Positions 44,426 to 55,446 of a stretch of 64,000 nt of DNA are shown piece by piece (positions within the stretch are counted from its first letter, which is position 1; every line of letters begins with the position of its first letter). The notes beneath the pieces are model-generated. The model had not been told where the DNA came from. It made no database searches and saw nothing but the letters and a program-made list of their open reading frames with translations. This stretch comes from an uncultured Nitrososphaerales archaeon. Lineage in GTDB: Archaea; Thermoproteota; Nitrososphaeria; Nitrososphaerales; Nitrososphaeraceae. Location of the stretch: positions 32,001 to 96,000 of the forward strand of contig CAVQMO010000012.1 in NCBI GenBank assembly GCA_963713605.1. Reading direction: 5' to 3'. A program made the position numbers and the translations under genes.

Positions 44426-44632
44426 TTATTGCAAGTTAGCGCCGCAGAATGGACATTCATGAATTCCACGCAATATCTTTTTCCGACATTGCGGACATCG
44501 TGGTTTCAATATTGACGAAAGAATGACAACACCGACTGCACCTAACCCAAACCCTACCAGAAAATCCGAGTACCTACGTTTGTCCCGCCCGTCTGCGTTG
44601 AATTTATTATTCTTGTCCATTTTTGTTTTCAC
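44426..44632 (-). CDS. small TM plus zinc-ribbon protein
   Basis: GxGxG TM helix followed by CPQC...CPFCG. Confidence 0.7.
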   Translation of the reverse strand: MKTKMDKNNKFNADGRDKRRYSDFLVGFGLGAVGVVILSSILKPRCPQCRKKILRGIHECPFCGANLQ

Positions 44633-44744
44633 AAGACCTGCATATGAGAGATATCATATTAAATAACCTACTCCTCTATCAAAGCTCTTGGTTATATCTT
44701 TTGTACCACTTCTAAGAAGATCAAATATGTCCGGAAACAGAATC

Positions 44745-45329
44745 CTATAGTCTCTTGACTCTATTTCTTATGGTATTAAAGATTATTCTTACCGCATTAC
44801 TGGTTCCTTTCGATTTAACTAATATTGCTTTGGGTAATAGCTTATTATAGAGTTCTTTGTCAGAAGTCAGCAGAAACACAGGGATAGCTTTGTAGGAACC
44901 CACAATTCGTATTATCTCAATATCAGAGCTGCCCGTAGGTACAATATCTATATAGCAGCTTAGAGGGTATTGCATCGCTTGCAATTTGCGTAGTAACACT
45001 AACATATTTGATTTTCCTAGACCTCGTCTAGTTGATTCATCAATGACTAAGACTGCGGCAAAGCGATCATAAGGTGTTCTACTGATCAACGAGAGCGAGA
45101 GTTCTCTATATGAGTCCCATTTCCTTTCGCGGTATGTCAGCTCCTTATATCCTTGACCCGGCATTTGCAGCGGTTGTCTCTGGGGACACTTTATCAGCAT
45201 ATTAGGCAGATCTTCTTTGTAATGAATACATGATAGAAATCTTCTACAATAGTAGCAAAAACCACACTGTTCACAGATTGGATGTAAAAGCGTCGGAATA
45301 TATTCCGAGTAACAATTAAGACATTTCAT
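44745..45329 (-). CDS. Cys-rich Zn-finger plus PIN-like (DUF5615/Mut7-C-type) domain protein
   Basis: CxxC..CxxC.xCxxC..C.H N-terminus; 'LVIDES', 'GSSDIEI' and 'FLLTSDKELY' acidic motifs. Confidence 0.6.
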   Translation of the reverse strand: MKCLNCYSEYIPTLLHPICEQCGFCYYCRRFLSCIHYKEDLPNMLIKCPQRQPLQMPGQGYKELTYRERKWDSYRELSLSLISRTPYDRFAAVLVIDESTRRGLGKSNMLVLLRKLQAMQYPLSCYIDIVPTGSSDIEIIRIVGSYKAIPVFLLTSDKELYNKLLPKAILVKSKGTSNAVRIIFNTIRNRVKRL

Positions 45330-45521
45330 ATTGGATGATCAAATGTTCCTATCATGGAAGATTCCTTATTACCATATCTTTATTTATCCTATGGAATAGA
45401 GCATTAACAAAACAACAACATCCTCTAACCAACATTCATATATTTTCGTTTTTTGCTACCTAGCTTATGCCCATTAACTGGGAAAAAATAGAGTTAGGAG
45501 GTCTGTAAATATGGACGTGAC

Positions 45522-45752
45522 TTATGGCGTCATCGATGGAGGAGTTGCCATTTCACTTCTCGCTATATCCGAACCAGTCATATTTCCTTCTGTATAATTT
45601 CCTCCATCAGACATATTTTCGCCCTGTGCAAATGCCGGTGTTCACATCAACATTGCACCTGTTGTCGTTACTAGCATTGCGGCCGATAAGGTAGCCACTG
45701 CGGCGAAGATGGTCGTCGTCAAGAGGATTCTTCTGTTTATGCTAGAGTTCAT
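45522..45752 (-). CDS. small secreted acidic peptide (in-frame TGA at 45642-45644); not in ORF track
   Basis: MNSSINRRILLTTTIFAAVATLSAAMLVTTTGAMLM*TPAFAQGENMSDGGNYTEGNMTGSD...; signal peptide ending PAFAQ and three sequons. Confidence 0.6.
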
Positions 45753-45909
45753 CGAGTGCACATATAACCATAACTATATAATGGTTAGAGATTACGTTAA
45801 TCATGACTATCACTTCAAAGTTTCCAGCTTCATTAGTAGCGCATCGAAAGAAGAGGCATAAAGTATCCTTAAACAATTGGAAACCTTTGAATAATCATGA
45901 TGGCCATAT

Positions 45910-46516
45910 TTGATACAGATCTTGACTTATAATTCGAAAGTTGTTCAGGTGTTACGAGACTTGGAGCAGATAGCGAAGAAACAGAGTTTGCCATCTATAG
46001 GTCCAGTAAAGGGAAAGATTTTGACAGATATTGTCTCTAAATACAAACCTAAAATGATACTTGAGATTGGAACGCTACATGGATATTCTGCAATTTTGAT
46101 GGCTGATAAGTTACCAGACGACGGAAAGATAATTACTGTGGAGAAGGATACAAATCTATTTGATATAGCGATGAAGAATGTTGAAGATGCTGGACTGTCC
46201 CACATTATTGAGGTCATTAATGCAGATGGGTTAAAGGGAATCGGTACTGCTTCAAAAACAGAAGTTTGACTTAATGTTTTTGGATGCTATAAAATCCGAT
46301 TATTTAAAGTATCTTAATCTAGCAGAGAAGAACAATCTGTTAAGTGATAAGGTGGTGGTAGTTGCAGACAACGTTCTGCTATACGAGAATGAGATGCAAG
46401 ACTACCTTCAGTATGTTCGGGCTTCTGGGAGATACAAGAGTCAAACCACTGAAACCACACTAGAATTTACAAAGAATGTCAAAGACGCTCTTGAAGTGAG
46501 TGTAAGGAACAACTGA
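45910..46516 (+). CDS. class I SAM-dependent O-methyltransferase (CCoAOMT/TrmR-like; frameshift near 46245)
   Basis: 'PSIGPVKG', 'ILEIGTLHGYSA', then 'FLDA.K..Y', 'VADNV'. Confidence 0.9.
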
Positions 46517-46957
46517 TTGACAAACTCCCACTTTGTGAAGTTCACTTGTACTAATTCTGTGTGCACCACAAGCAATCAAGAAAATCAATGCTAAATCGCA
46601 TTTTCAAAAACAAGATATCTACATTAAACACGACATCAGGAAACTATCAAAAGGGAAACCAATCACTGGCTGTCCAACAGCTGACATAATCTCGCTAAAA
46701 CTAAACCTGGATCACGTCCAACAATTTTCAGCCATCTAAAAAATACAGAAATCATTTTCACGTACTTCTCTATGATATTTTTGCTCTTGTGAATATTAAG
46801 TACATCTTCGATAACTAGACATAAGATTCAACTTAATAGATGCAAGCTCCGCCTTTTCTAGCGGTCCACTTCAATATGCTAACCCATGCGTTCCTCTTAT
46901 CATATGAACAACCTAGGAATAGCCTTTTATTAACACGGAGCCACTAATAAAATGTAG

Positions 46958-47629
46958 ATGTCAACGAATAGAATGATGAGTGTAAGGTCTCTTTTTCTTA
47001 GGTTAAATCATGATAGAACTTCGAGAAAGACTAATGACATTCTTGGAAGAAATGATCTCTGGCTTACTGAAGATAAGTTAGTATTAGGAGCAGAGAAATT
47101 CATCAAACTGAGTGGGTACCAAAAGATTGAATTTAACCAAACTTTCAATCAGGGCGGATATCAGTTCACTTCCCCTGTAGTAGGATATAGAAATTCCGCC
47201 CAAGACCAGCTGAACGAATTTGTATATCAAGGGCAAGACAAAAACAACATGCGAGCGCAGAATCAAGAGGCCAGGCCGATGGAAGGTGACCTAAAAGGAA
47301 CCGGAGTGTTTGAGCGGGATGCTAGCAAAATTACCACTACCGTATGCATTATAAATTCAAAAATTCAAGACTACGATCTTGGATTCTTTGGGTATATAGA
47401 ATCAATCCTATTTGATATTATAGACAATTATGAAAACACTAACCTAATTCTTGTAACTGATTCTTTATCGTACTTGTCTGCTACTACGAAAGAAGAGATT
47501 AGTGTCACCGTGGAAAACCTTATGGGAGAAGGATTACATCTGTTATTCATGAATGAGAAATCAGATTACGCATTCTTCGAAAGTTATGATGATGTCACAG
47601 AAAAACCTATCACAGTTTACGGAGTTTGA
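46958..47629 (+). CDS. hypothetical protein
   Basis: 223-aa ORF with alpha/beta character; no family recognised with confidence. Confidence 0.7.
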   Translation: MSTNRMMSVRSLFLRLNHDRTSRKTNDILGRNDLWLTEDKLVLGAEKFIKLSGYQKIEFNQTFNQGGYQFTSPVVGYRNSAQDQLNEFVYQGQDKNNMRAQNQEARPMEGDLKGTGVFERDASKITTTVCIINSKIQDYDLGFFGYIESILFDIIDNYENTNLILVTDSLSYLSATTKEEISVTVENLMGEGLHLLFMNEKSDYAFFESYDDVTEKPITVYGV

Positions 47630-47744
47630 ACGGTTGTGTTGTTCTTCTGAACCCAAGACATGATCCCAAAACTTCCTGCCCTGCTTTACCTTCAAGTCAG
47701 TATATTTTTGTGCGAGCCTATGAATTTCAAATTGGAGCCTTCTA

Positions 47745-48002
47745 ATGAAGGTACAAGATAATAGCACACATCGTGTTAGCAGTCTCGGAACCCACGGCAG
47801 GCTTTCAAAGCCTGTCGAAGTAGGGAATGAGTATGATGTAGAAATCACTGATCGAGGAAAGAGTGGTACTACCGATGGAATTGCCAAAATTCAAGGATTA
47901 GTAATATTCGTTAAGGATGGAAAGGTCGGTGACAAAGTGAGAGTAAGAATAACTGTCATAGGCGAAAGATTTGCAAAGGCAGAGCTAGTAACCCACACTT
48001 AA
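47745..48002 (+). CDS. single-TRAM-domain RNA-binding protein
   Basis: 'KPVEVG.EYDVEITD....DGIAKIQGLVIFV..GKVGDKVRVRIT.IG.RFAKAE'. Confidence 0.92.
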   Translation: MKVQDNSTHRVSSLGTHGRLSKPVEVGNEYDVEITDRGKSGTTDGIAKIQGLVIFVKDGKVGDKVRVRITVIGERFAKAELVTHT

Positions 48003-48962
48003 GGATTGAAGCAAGCGAAATTAACAATAAACTAGATGCTTAAGGCGTTTTGTAGTCGTCTGTAAGGAATCATGATGAATCACAATCATTTCTTCTGGAG
48101 TCAAATCTATAAGGTCCAATAACTAATGCTTTGCTTGAAGTCAGTCTGAGTTCTTTTCGTCTCGTCCCTGCCCAATCTTCCTGAGCTATCGGGTTTGCTT
48201 GCCTGGCATTGAAGGTTAACTGTCAATCCCATTTAAGGAATTTGATTCCGATTTACACATCATCTTTGGCTATTGAAGACTGATATGCTAGCTACCTATT
48301 ACAACTGTATTAAAGCGGCAGGCTTTAAGCCAAAAATGTAACATTATGGTGGAATTTATGAATTACGCACGTTCAATATAGTTTGGATTTAGAATTTTGA
48401 AACTGGGTACTAAACATACTGCTTCATTTTTTATTTGACTCACTGGCGGTTGAACGCGAATAACAAGTCAGAAGCACTAAGAACTAAGAACTCAAAGATT
48501 GATGAATTCGAAAATAGAAAGATGCCTTACACAACGCCTCCTTTTTGCTTTTCCCATCCAGTACTAATTGATGACTTTGAGCTTACTGAGTTTGATATAA
48601 TGCGGTGGCTCCAACGTACATAACTGTTAGTTCGGGTCAAGTGTGGCATAAACTGTGGTGCTTGCCTAGCAATATCAAATTTGTCAGACGTAATAATTAA
48701 GTATAAATCCCAAAAATCAATGCAGGCGATCATTTGGGTAACATATTTTCTAGCCACCTAATTTGCATAGAAATAGTGATTTCTAAATTACTAGATTAAA
48801 AATCCGTTAATTTCTGCCATCAATTCAGAATTGTCTGCTAACGGACCGAATTAATTTTTTTTGCGCCTCTTCAATCTATGAATTTACAATAATCTCAGTA
48901 TTTTCTGAAGGGATTAAATCTCAAAGCACCACTGAATCTTAGCATTTGAGCTCAAAAAAGGA

Positions 48963-49460
48963 TCACCGTACAATCAGAACAGGACATCGTGCATACGATA
49001 ACACAGCTGATGCAACACTTCCTAAAAGTGTTCTTCTAAGGCGTGATCTCCCTCTACTTCCCATTACTATAAGATCTACATTTTCATTCTCTGCATATTC
49101 AATAATTGCATTTTCCACCTTAGAAAAGGGGTCTTCGAGAATTTCTGATCTAAATTTTCTTTTTGTATCTTCCGTTTCTTTCAAAACATCTAATATTGCT
49201 CTTTCGACCTCTTCCAACCATTTTTTTGCTTCTCTTCTTTTTTCTTCCAATACATCCTCCTCCTGTGAGCGAGTTCCAGCTTGAATAAGAACATATCCGT
49301 AAGGCAAGGACATTAGATCAATTACTGTCAAACCAATTAGATCTGATTTAAATTTCGTCGCAAGACTGATCCCATAGCGAGCGGCCTTCATTGAAGTCAC
49401 TGACCCGTCTATAGGGAGCAATATCTTTCTGGTATTCTTGAATCCCCTATTAGATATCAT
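48963..49460 (-). CDS. universal stress protein (UspA family)
   Basis: 'ILLPIDGS', 'DLIVMGSRGRS....LLGSVA', 'ARCPVLIVR'. Confidence 0.95.
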   Translation of the reverse strand: MISNRGFKNTRKILLPIDGSVTSMKAARYGISLATKFKSDLIGLTVIDLMSLPYGYVLIQAGTRSQEEDVLEEKRREAKKWLEEVERAILDVLKETEDTKRKFRSEILEDPFSKVENAIIEYAENENVDLIVMGSRGRSRLRRTLLGSVASAVLSYARCPVLIVR

Positions 49461-49527
49461 GAGCTCTGGAGATAATACAATATACCTGATTAATTAGCTC
49501 TGCGAAAACTCTAGAGTGTAAATATCT

Positions 49528-49989
49528 TCAAATATAATACTCTAACATTTTTTCGATTTCATCCTTACCTACTTCGTCATTTGGAAATTCTTCATATCTC
49601 GCAAAATCGAGAGGAGTAATTATCCCAACAAAGTGTTTTGGATCAGATTTATCATTATTATTTTTGTCATCAATAACGAGCAAATGTCTTACATTGTACC
49701 GTAACATCATATCAGCGGCTAATGCAGGGGTAGAAGTGGAATCTATCGTGATAAGAGGCACTGACATTATCTGCTTATTTGTGATCGTACTTGTAAAGGT
49801 ATCATCAACACACACTTTGGTGACCAAATCCCGTTCAGTGATCAAACCTTGAGGTTTACCATCTCTATCGACTACTATCAACGAGCTGACATCCTTGTCT
49901 TTCATTTTTTTTGCAGCGTCTTGGACGGAAGCTGAATCGTCAATAGTCTCTAGCCTTTTCCTCATCATGTCTCTTAAAGTTGTGGTCAT
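49528..49989 (-). CDS. CBS-domain pair protein
   Basis: 'SVQDAAKKM....VSSLIVV...GLITERD', 'VRHLLV...VGIITPLD'. Confidence 0.93.
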   Translation of the reverse strand: MTTTLRDMMRKRLETIDDSASVQDAAKKMKDKDVSSLIVVDRDGKPQGLITERDLVTKVCVDDTFTSTITNKQIMSVPLITIDSTSTPALAADMMLRYNVRHLLVIDDKNNNDKSDPKHFVGIITPLDFARYEEFPNDEVGKDEIEKMLEYYI

Positions 49990-50249
49990 CTATTCGAAAT
50001 GATAAACGTCTTCAACTTTTAAGTATATTGATGATACTACGAATTTAATAAAAGGAGTTCAAAGTCAGTACCGTTCGTGGACCTGGTCCTCAACTTTTCC
50101 AAAATACTTTTCCTACAAGGACCTCCTAGATCTGACCAAAATCAATTAAAAAGGTAAATGGTATATGACGATATGCGAAGCATCTTTTTGAACAAATACT
50201 TGTCATGATTCTCTCACAAACAGGTTCACATTAAATGGGACCAATAGTG

Positions 50250-50257
50250 TATATAAG
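50250..50257 (+). promoter_or_regulatory. archaeal TATA box
   Basis: TATATAAG about 22 nt upstream of TTG 50279. Confidence 0.5.
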
Positions 50258-50278
50258 TTCTGGTGTATTCATACTAAA

Positions 50279-50665
50279 TTGGCACGATCTGATAATTTTG
50301 CTGTTGAGAAGGGTAAGGCAGAAAAAGCCATAAACTGGATGAATAATTATGCGGCCGCGAGAAACAAAAAATTTAACACAAAGCTTATCGGCTATACCAT
50401 ATCAACTGTAAACTTTGGAACTTTTGAAGTAATTTCATGGGAAGGGGAGTGGTCTGCGGCCCGACATATAATAGTTAAGGTGAGCAGCAAGCTGAATATG
50501 AAAATAGTTGAAGCTGGATATCATTCTAAATCCAATATTCTGGAATCGTTTCTTGGACTCGGTAAAGAATATGCTAAAGTATACAGTGGCGGGGTACTCA
50601 CAGGTAACATCGTATTAGGAATAAAGAGAGGAAAAATCATCGCCGATTCTGAAAAATTAGTCTAA
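50279..50665 (+). CDS. hypothetical protein
   Basis: 128-aa ORF with protein-like composition and an upstream TATA box. Confidence 0.75.
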   Translation: MARSDNFAVEKGKAEKAINWMNNYAAARNKKFNTKLIGYTISTVNFGTFEVISWEGEWSAARHIIVKVSSKLNMKIVEAGYHSKSNILESFLGLGKEYAKVYSGGVLTGNIVLGIKRGKIIADSEKLV

Positions 50666-50687
50666 GTGTCTATGATGGCAGAGGCAA

Positions 50688-50722
50688 TGATGGTGATGAT
50701 GGTGATGATGGTGATGGTGATC
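50688..50722. repeat. (TGA/TGG)n trinucleotide-type microsatellite
   Basis: TGATGGTGATGATGGTGATGATGGTGATGGTGATC; reads as His11 on the minus strand and Met/Val-rich on the plus strand. Confidence 0.85.
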
Positions 50723-50830
50723 ACACCATAACAATTAGAGTCAAGTGGAGAAATCCGAAAATGGTATTATTACTGTCGATTGAAAGTCTTTACAGTCAAT
50801 TTCAAGTCGGGAATCCTAACATCTCTTCGA

Positions 50831-51502
50831 TCACTTCACCTTCCTGTCTAGTAAATCTTTTTTGATGTGGTTAAATTCTTCCTCATTCAATACCCCTTGT
50901 TCTTTTAGATTCATAAGTTTGGTCAATTCATCTGCAATTGAAAAACCGTCTTGTTGGTTGGACTGGAGGGCTAGGACGGAGAAATTCTCTTTTTCAGGGT
51001 TGTGGAGTCCTTCAATTCCTTTTTGATGCATTCCAAATCGTATTACTTCTATTAGATCCTCTGCCTTCGCTTTCGGGATCGCTTGTATCACTCCTTCATG
51101 ATCATTGTTACCATGTATCATGCCATGTATCATACCCAACCTTTTGGAACCAACCAAGGCAGGGGCTTCGAATCTTATAGTGGATGAGAACAATCCTTTT
51201 TCAAGCTTGATGCTTGTAACAACATCATAGGGGATATCAATTAAGTTTTCTTTTATGCCTAACATATATGGGTCTCTAATGATCAACCGCTTTTCAGTCG
51301 CGTAAATAGTATTAGGAGTAACGTAGGAACCTCCAGGCAAGATTCTTGATTGACGAGCAACAATTATCACATTCTCATTAGGATTTAGTAAGTCTTGAAT
51401 TCCTCTAATCTCGCCCATTTCATCACTGTTGAGTGGTTGTATCGAAAATTTTTCACTTGTTCTCATAGCTAGTTCTTTACTATTATCTAGCCGCTTTCCC
51501 AA
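50831..51502 (-). CDS. bacterial-type PH domain plus SHOCT domain protein
   Basis: 'LNPNENVIIVARQSR..PGG....P.TIYATEKRLIIRDP', C-terminal 'IADELTKL..LKEQGVLNEEEF..IKK.LL'. Confidence 0.88.
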   Translation of the reverse strand: MGKRLDNSKELAMRTSEKFSIQPLNSDEMGEIRGIQDLLNPNENVIIVARQSRILPGGSYVTPNTIYATEKRLIIRDPYMLGIKENLIDIPYDVVTSIKLEKGLFSSTIRFEAPALVGSKRLGMIHGMIHGNNDHEGVIQAIPKAKAEDLIEVIRFGMHQKGIEGLHNPEKENFSVLALQSNQQDGFSIADELTKLMNLKEQGVLNEEEFNHIKKDLLDRKVK

Positions 51503-52500
51503 ACCAAACTTAATGGTTATTTAAGAACTATGAAGAAATGATCCCTGTAAGTATTTAATTTCTAACTAATAAAGGACTATATCGAACCATGTCATTATGA
51601 ATGAATGGTTCTATATGATTTAATAGACTTGCATGAATACGATACTCAAAATACATCCGGCTAAACCCACCGAGCTCAGGCACGTATCACTATTTTTTAT
51701 GCCAATCCTATATTGTCAAAAGCTGTAGAATGCTAACATTGATTGAGGTGCGAGACAGTCTAGTAACATGACAGTCTTTGTAGCCTAGTTTCGAAACCAG
51801 AGCGTGATTCATGCCGTATTTGAATGCCTTCAGTTCTCATGCGTAATGTAACTTGTCGTTATTGATATCTAGCCCATTTAAGCATATAGGAGAATTTGAA
51901 TTCGAATGGTCTCGCTACCGTAATGCTTGCAGCATACCCAATTCTATAATAGCATCCACAATATCATCATGACCCCTAGTTAATCTTTTTAAGCGTTGCC
52001 CTCTATTATGGATATTCTGAAAAAGATTATGGTTGAACAGGACTTCTATGACCTTAGCATTTTAATTGATGGCTATTACCTTCATAATTGTTAATGACCA
52101 AAGAAAGCATAACAAACGAGCTAGAAAAACAACCCTATGCAGTAGCGCGTAATGAATTAGGCGATTTTTCCTCTGAAAAACTGCCAGGCGGGGAGTTAGC
52201 CCCCTCGTGGCATATGCAAATTTAAACCACTCACATTTAGACTGAAATAGCATTTTCAGAGTTCTACCAGCAAATGGATGAACGAGTCCGATATAATATC
52301 GGGACAATAGCCGAAGAAGGCGTCAAACTGCGTAGATGATCACGCTCTTGTGCCGAATGTAATGTGCTATTTGAAATTGTCCCTTTTTTTCTCAACTAAG
52401 TAGTGAGATGCTTCAACAGTCTTTTTTCGGTAGTTTGTTTTGATCTTCCTCAGTTATCTCGTCTGTTTGAATAACAAACGTTACACGGCAAGTAGTCTTC

Positions 52501-52713
52501 TTATTCTACACCTAGATAATATTCTGCACAGACATTCAAAGCTTGAACCATACTAGCATCAGTTACTCTCACCATCTCCTTAGTGCACCATTCTATCAGT
52601 TCAGCTTGCTGTTGTGTAACACGGATTGTGCTTGCGAGCGCTACATTCGAACCTAAGTAGCCAATGACTACAGCTAGTAAAACTAAGGAGAAAATTACCC
52701 TTATCAATGTCAT
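52501..52713 (-). CDS. small secreted protein
   Basis: signal peptide ending 'ALA', two Cys. Confidence 0.55.
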   Translation of the reverse strand: MTLIRVIFSLVLLAVVIGYLGSNVALASTIRVTQQQAELIEWCTKEMVRVTDASMVQALNVCAEYYLGVE

Positions 52714-53660
52714 TTAAGAACGTCTGATACTAGAAGTGATATTAATTTCCTCCGGATCACAAACGCTTTGAGGACGTTAGAACAACCTTTAGAAATAACG
52801 ATACTAGAGATAATTCTTTAACCTGTTGATGGACTGTCATAACCCGTGTTCTGACATCATCAAGTAGATTAGGATGACTGAGTATCTAACGCTTGTCACT
52901 TCCATGACAAATGATGACGAGTAGAAGATGCTAGTAGCAGTACCTTTGGAGATTCCTGTAAAAGACATTTATCGCTCAATGATGCACTATAATGATCTGT
53001 CGTACCAATTACTATTTGTTCGCGTTCAAAGTTCTGACATTAGACTACCACAACAAACCTACATATATTGTACGCCTGAGTCAAGGTGCTGTAACAAGTA
53101 GTAAATCAATAATTTATCATAATTTGTGTATAAACTATATTAGATATGTCTAGAGAGATGAAGGTTAATGACAGCCCGCATCATTTTACGGTCCTGGACG
53201 CAATTGGTTCAGACTGAGTTTATATGTGTTTTTAAAGAATGATTTGCCATTGCTCAGGACAACAGGATTGAGTATAATTCGATATTCATCAATTAGACCT
53301 AATTGTAAAAGATTTGATGCAAAGTCTGCATCGCCAAATAGTGCCAGATCTACCTGACTGTTGTTTAATATTCCTGCTTAATATTTTTGTTAATCAACCT
53401 GGAGTTGGTTCATTCAGCGTTTTCCAGGGTTTTCGAAAGAACGATTTCCATCATTCAACTTAGGAGCCAAGGTCTCGGTTGAGGATGGCCAGTAATCTGC
53501 TAAAATTAATAGCATGGCATCTCCATATGATAGATATGATTTGACCGAGTTCTTTCCTCTTTTGCACGCAAAAGAAATTTCAATAGATAAATAGTGTGAC
53601 TCCTTACGTGCTATCGATATGTCCTCCACTGAGGCCCCCTTCAATTGAGGAAAGAAATAA

Positions 53661-53790
53661 GATTTCCATCATTGTATGCAGATCCGGATGTTTCCATGTC
53701 TGTCTGTGTCTGGCGGTATTTCTATAGTTTTATGATATTGCGTTGAGGATCATCGATTTTGACTTCGACTTTGTCTTCATACGCATCTGT
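53661..53790 (-). pseudogene. small heat-shock protein (Hsp20) C-terminal relic
   Basis: manual translation AYEDKVEVKIDDPQR-(frameshift)-YHKTIEIPP..DMETSGSAYNDGNL matches the archaeal alpha-crystallin C-terminus; no intact N-terminus. Confidence 0.65.
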
Positions 53791-53860
53791 CCTATTTTTG
53801 TATTCAGGCACCTCTACCAGGAATTAGACTCGTAGACTTACCTGTCACCTTCGACCGCTT

Positions 53861-54115
53861 TTAGTATATGCGATCTACGATCAAATCTGCTAATGCTTCT
53901 TTGGTGTGTTTATCAATTAGATGTTTTCTTAGTTCTTCTTTGGATGTTGGTGTATCTATCTTATTGCATACAGAACAACTCCTGAATTCTTCCGCATTGT
54001 ATGATGTAAATAAGAGAGTACGTTCACACCTTGGATGTTGAGAGTATACCGTATGATCTACCATCTCAGTATATGGTCCAGATCTTCTGCAGATATGACA
54101 CTTTGGCATCGTCAA
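53861..54115 (-). CDS. small zinc-finger protein
   Basis: CHIC...H...H..C and CSVC...LRKHLIDKH (C2H2-like). Confidence 0.6.
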   Translation of the reverse strand: MTMPKCHICRRSGPYTEMVDHTVYSQHPRCERTLLFTSYNAEEFRSCSVCNKIDTPTSKEELRKHLIDKHTKEALADLIVDRIY

Positions 54116-54521
54116 TATTGGCTGCAGCCGACCCTTCTTTTATCATTTACAATTCCATTTTATACACGTTTACGAGACGAGGATTAGGGAAAAAACTGGA
54201 AGAATAATTCTAATACATCTTAAATTTTCGAAGTAGGCTAATAGGCTAGACGATGGAAGTAACTGCGATATCTTAGTTCCGCCGTTATTTCGCCATATTA
54301 TGGAAATTTGCTCGAGTTGAGCTCAAAATGTTGTGATGAGGAAATGATCGCAAGAACTGCATTCATTATCACAAGCGTTCGCTAAAGGGAAGGGAACTAG
54401 GTCTTCTATATTATCCTACAGAAGGTATACGACCAGCCATCTTGTAGCTCATACTATTCCGTGAAACAGTATTATAAAGCGATAGCAAAAACTAGTATGA
54501 GAAAAAAAAGGCGTATTGTTT

Positions 54522-55116
54522 ATGCAATCATTAAATGTTTTAGGTGTCAGCAGTAGCATGCGGGAAGGTTCATTTGGTACTAGGACACTGAAACTAGTAC
54601 TAGAACGCAGCACAGAAATATGGGACCAAGACTCGTCTACTCGAACTCCGAAAAATGAAGATGCCTCTCTTTAATCCTGATTCATCAGCGCAGTCAAGCA
54701 TGGGATTGCAAAAGGTAGCTGATGATGTTAATTGGGCAGACGCATTTGTATTAGTCTCACCTGATTATCACGGCTCAATCTCAGGTGCTTTGAAGAACTT
54801 TTTAGATTATTATTGGGAAGAGTTCGCTGGAAAGACATTTGGGTATATCTGTACATCTCATGAGAAGGGATTAACGGTGATGGATCAGATGAGAACGGCT
54901 GTGCGGCAGTGTTATGGGTGGAGTTTGCCTTACGGAATCTCTGTAAACGGACAGGAAGACTTTAATGAAGTGGGAGAAGTCGTCAATAGCCTATTAGATA
55001 AACGTCTAAGAATGCTTGCCCGTGATTTAGTTGTGTATGGGAAACTAATCAGAGGACAATTTCTTGAAGACCTATCAAGTGACGTGATAGACACCTTTGG
55101 AGCGCGTTATAGATAA
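54522..55116 (+). CDS. NAD(P)H-dependent FMN reductase (frameshift near 54610)
   Basis: upstream MQSLNVLGVSSSMREGS..TR, then 'ADAFVLVSPDYHGSISGALKNFLDY', 'FAGKT'. Confidence 0.9.
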
Positions 55117-55446
55117 CAATTAGTCAAGTTACCATGTCCTACCAGATTAGATTTAGTCTAGGTTCATACACAAACCCTTAGACTTGATTATCGATATATC
55201 TGAAGAGAACAAAGCTCTATTCATAGAAGACGGATATGAGAAGTATATCTATACAAAAAATACTTACAATTCTTACAAGCCTTCAGGTGCCAATTCAAGA
55301 TTATAGTTGACATCATAATATGGTACTTTGATGCTCAACCCTAATGTACTTATAGCCAATAAAATCTCTTGGAAGAAATATGCGACTTAATTTAGGATTG
55401 AAAGGTCACCAACTCTACCTAAGCAAGTTATCCATGACAAATAAAT

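Noticed and set aside
12297..45644. Stop-codon recoding (Sec/Pyl) suggested by in-frame TAG at 12297 and TGA at 37810 and 45642
   Set aside because: The stops are of mixed types and sit at non-catalytic positions (e.g. expected Gly in PKGHRG). Many genes terminate normally at TGA/TAG, and no recoding machinery was seen. Substitution error is simpler.
46958..47629. Restriction-endonuclease-like (PD-(D/E)xK) fold
   Set aside because: The secondary-structure pattern is suggestive, but the catalytic motif is not identifiable by eye; left as hypothetical.
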